Below are positions 61,249 through 64,000 of a stretch of 64,000 bases of DNA, one piece after another. Each line of letters starts with the position of its first letter. The stretch's first letter is position 1. The position numbers and the translations under genes were made by a program. The notes beneath the pieces were generated by a model. That model was not told the DNA's origin and searched no databases. It saw nothing but the letters and a program-made list of their open reading frames with translations. Source of the DNA: an uncultured Bacteroidota bacterium (GTDB lineage: Bacteria; Bacteroidota; Rhodothermia; Rhodothermales; DASSAV01); NCBI GenBank assembly GCA_963790965.1, contig CAWBQO010000004.1:1512-65511 (forward strand), given 5' to 3'.

Positions 61249-63525
61249 ATGAAACCTTCCTTTGTCCGGCTACTGCTTGGCGCGGCATGCCTGTTCCTCA
61301 CGTTTCCAACCTTGATTCATGCGCAAGCGCAACCCGAACCGACCCGATTGATGGACCCCGCCGTTGAAGCCCGAATTGACGCTCTGATCGAGCGAATGAC
61401 GCTCGACGAAAAGATCGGGCAAATGACGCAGCGCACGAGTTCGTACGCCTACGATCCGGATGGGCAGCTCGCCGCAATCCGGTCCGGCGCGATCGGCTCC
61501 GTGCTGAATGAAGTCGACCCGAACGTTGTCAACGAGATGCAGCGGGTTGCGGTTGAGGAAAGTCGCCTTGGCATTCCGCTCATCAACGGGCGCGACGTGA
61601 TCCACGGCTTCCGTACCGTTTTCCCGATCCCGCTGGGGCAGGCTGCCACTTGGAACGAGGCGCTTGTTGAAGAGGGCGCGCACGTTGCCGCCGTCGAAGC
61701 GGCCTCGCAGGGCGTGGACTGGACGTTCGCACCGATGATCGACGTGAGTCGCGACGCCCGGTGGGGCCGCATTGCCGAGAGCCTCGGCGAAGAGCCGTAC
61801 CTCGCATCCGTGCTCGGCGCGGCCATGGTGCGCGGGTTCCAGGGGAGTGACCTCTCAGAGCCGGGGCGCATCGCGGCTTCGGCCAAGCACTTCGCCGGCT
61901 ACGGCGCGGCCGAAGGAGGACGCGACTACAACACGACCGTGATCGATGAGCCGTCGCTGCGCGGCATTTACCTGGCCCCCTTCAAGGCGGCGGAAGAGGC
62001 TGGTGCGGCGACGTTCATGACGGCATTCAACGAGATCAACGGCATTCCGGCTTCCGGGCACGAACACCTCATCTCGGATATACTGAAAGGCGAATGGGGC
62101 TTTAACGGCTTCGTCGTGAGCGATTGGGGATCGATTACGGAAATGATCGCGCACGGGTATGTCGAGGACGCAAAGCAGGCGGCGGAAGTGGCCGTTAACG
62201 CCGGTATCGATATGGAAATGTCGAGCGCTTCCTACGTCGACCACATGGCCGATCTCGTAGCTTCAGGCGCGGTCTCCCAAGCCCGGATCGACGATGCCGT
62301 GCGGCGTATTCTGCGCGTGAAAATGATGCTCGGGCTTTTCGACGATCCGTACGTCACGCCGGCCGATTTTCCCAAACTCCTTGCTCCCGATCACCTCGAT
62401 GCCGCGCGCAAGACCGCACGGCAGAGCATGGTGCTCCTCAAGAACGACGGCGTCTTGCCACTGCGCTCCGGCGCGGGTACGGTAGCGCTCATCGGCCCAC
62501 TTGCCGACGCGCCGCACGACCAGATGGGCACGTGGGTTTTCGACGGCAAGAAAGAGGATACCGTAACGCCGCTTGCTGCGCTGCGCGAGGAACTCGGATC
62601 GGATCGCGTGCGCTTCGCGCCGGGCCTGGCGCTCTCTCGCACCGAGGATCAGAGCGGCTTCGCCGAGGCCGTTGAAGCGGCGCGTGCCGCCGATGTCGCC
62701 GTTGTTGTCGTGGGAGAGGAATCCATTCTCTCCGGCGAGGCGCATTCGCGGGCGGACATCAGTTTGCCGGGCGCGCAGGACGAACTCGTCGCCGCCATTG
62801 CGGAGACGGGGACGCCGGTAGTGTTCGTGGTCATGGCAGGCAGGCCGCTCGTTATCTCGGAGGCGACCGCACGCTCCGCGGCCGTTCTTTACGCCTGGCA
62901 TCCAGGAACGATGGGCGGCCCCGCGCTCGCGGACCTGCTCTTCGGGCGGGAAGCGCCGTCGGGCAAGCTGCCGATAACATTGCCGAACATGGTCGGACAG
63001 GTGCCGATCTATCTCGCTCAAAAGAACACCGGCCGGCCCGCGCCCGCCGACCCGGTCACGCTGGACAGGATCCCGCCGGAGGCCGACCAGACCTCGCTCG
63101 GCAACTCTTCGTACTATCTCGACGCGGGTTCGCAGCCGCTGTTTCCATTCGGCTTCGGACTTTCGTACACGACGTTTTCGTACAGCAACCTGCGTCTATC
63201 GGCTGAAACCATGCGGCCGGACGGGCAGCTGTCGGCCTCCGTCGACGTGACGAACACGGGCAGCGTTGCCGGCGATGAGGTCGTTCAGCTCTACACCCGC
63301 GATCTCGTGGGTAGCCTCACGCGGCCCGTCAAGGAGCTGAAAGGCTTCGAGCGCATCCGTTTGGAGCCGGGGCAGACCCGCACGGTCACGTTCAACCTCA
63401 AGGGAGATGATCTCGCCTTCTACAACCGCGACCTCGAACGCGTCACGGAGCCGGGTGCCTTCCACGTCTGGATCGGCGGAGATTCGCAGTCGGCGCTCCG
63501 GGCATCCTTCCGAGTCGTCGACTAA
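61249..63525 (+). CDS. bglX: GH3 beta-glucosidase (BglX-like)
   Basis: EKIGQM, SRLGIPL..GRDVIHG, DARWGRIAE, AKHFAGYG, VVSDW, SGEAHSR, FPFGFGLSYT, RPVKELKGF. Confidence 0.9.
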   Translation: MKPSFVRLLLGAACLFLTFPTLIHAQAQPEPTRLMDPAVEARIDALIERMTLDEKIGQMTQRTSSYAYDPDGQLAAIRSGAIGSVLNEVDPNVVNEMQRVAVEESRLGIPLINGRDVIHGFRTVFPIPLGQAATWNEALVEEGAHVAAVEAASQGVDWTFAPMIDVSRDARWGRIAESLGEEPYLASVLGAAMVRGFQGSDLSEPGRIAASAKHFAGYGAAEGGRDYNTTVIDEPSLRGIYLAPFKAAEEAGAATFMTAFNEINGIPASGHEHLISDILKGEWGFNGFVVSDWGSITEMIAHGYVEDAKQAAEVAVNAGIDMEMSSASYVDHMADLVASGAVSQARIDDAVRRILRVKMMLGLFDDPYVTPADFPKLLAPDHLDAARKTARQSMVLLKNDGVLPLRSGAGTVALIGPLADAPHDQMGTWVFDGKKEDTVTPLAALREELGSDRVRFAPGLALSRTEDQSGFAEAVEAARAADVAVVVVGEESILSGEAHSRADISLPGAQDELVAAIAETGTPVVFVVMAGRPLVISEATARSAAVLYAWHPGTMGGPALADLLFGREAPSGKLPITLPNMVGQVPIYLAQKNTGRPAPADPVTLDRIPPEADQTSLGNSSYYLDAGSQPLFPFGFGLSYTTFSYSNLRLSAETMRPDGQLSASVDVTNTGSVAGDEVVQLYTRDLVGSLTRPVKELKGFERIRLEPGQTRTVTFNLKGDDLAFYNRDLERVTEPGAFHVWIGGDSQSALRASFRVVD

Positions 63526-63558
63526 CAACGGGCGTTGTTTTTAACCAACGACGACATC

Positions 63559-64000
63559 ATGACTTTTGTAACCCGGTGCCTCGGCGCTCTCCTTTTAGTA
63601 CAAGTCGCGCTGCTGATCGCCGGACCGGCTTCGGCGCAGAAGCTCGTGTGGTCAGACGAGTTCAACGGGGCGGCGCTCGACCAGTCGAAGTGGAATTATG
63701 AGGTCGGTGCCGGCACGAACGGCGACTGGGGCACCGGGCAGCGGGATGCGGCGACGAGTAGGCCGGAGAACGTGCGGATCGTGCAGGAAGTGGCCGGCGC
63801 GGACGGCGGCGCGCTCGCTATCGTTACCCGAAAGGAGACGTATCAGGTGCCGGGAGTCGGAACGCGGCAGTACACGAGCGGGCGCATCAACACCGCCGGT
63901 AAAGCGGCGTGGGGGCCGGGGCATCAGCTTCGCGCTCGGGTCTGGCCGCGCGACGTGCGATACGAAGGTCAGGGTTTTGCTTTCTGGGCCATGCCGAACG
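63559..64000 (+). CDS. GH16 family glycoside hydrolase, truncated by window end (not in the ORF track)
   Basis: Manual translation MTFVTRCLGALLLVQVALLIAGPASA-QKLVWSDEFNGAALDQSKWNYEVG...YTSGRINT...GFAFWAMP; frame open to 64000. Confidence 0.85.
   Translation, partial: MTFVTRCLGALLLVQVALLIAGPASAQKLVWSDEFNGAALDQSKWNYEVGAGTNGDWGTGQRDAATSRPENVRIVQEVAGADGGALAIVTRKETYQVPGVGTRQYTSGRINTAGKAAWGPGHQLRARVWPRDVRYEGQGFAFWAMPN

Noticed and set aside
63524-63543. AACAAC-GGGC-GTTGTT-TTT hairpin after bglX
   Set aside because: AU-rich 6-bp stem too weak to call a terminator; the next gene starts about 15 bp later.
1-64000. CRISPR arrays, tRNA/rRNA, IS/transposase, prophage or defence genes
   Set aside because: No repeat-spacer periodicity or recognisable motifs; coding space is accounted for by other genes.

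Overview
GC-rich bacterial window, probably Rhodothermota or another FCB-group lineage: many T9SS C-terminal sorting domains, a PorV-family gene, and signal peptides ending AxA-Q. Nearly all 64 kb is one glycan-utilisation super-locus with three blocks. (1) Beta-mannan/glucomannan block, 4-28 kb: TonB-dependent transporter (TBDT) plus T9SS beta-helix partner, Na+ symporter, GH130 mannosylglucose phosphorylase, cellobiose 2-epimerase, 3x GH26, 2x GH5, GH9, GH94. (2) Minus-strand, xyloglucan-like block, 28-44 kb: GH3, GH29, 2x GH31, GH2 and an unclassified GH-A enzyme, followed by an acetylesterase and a LacI regulator. (3) Beta-glucan block, 48.8-64 kb, headed by a cassette of T9SS protein, TBDT, a large Ca-motif T9SS-like cargo, a PorV-like barrel and a PPIase, then GH16/GH3. 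No SusD is present and neither TBDT is SusC-like. The most interesting signal is therefore a SusD-independent glycan capture system built from T9SS cargo. About 11 single-base indels at 10.65-12.7 kb break the symporter and GH130 genes, probably an assembly artefact. No rRNA, tRNA, CRISPR or IS element was seen. All family calls come from motif recognition, not database searches.
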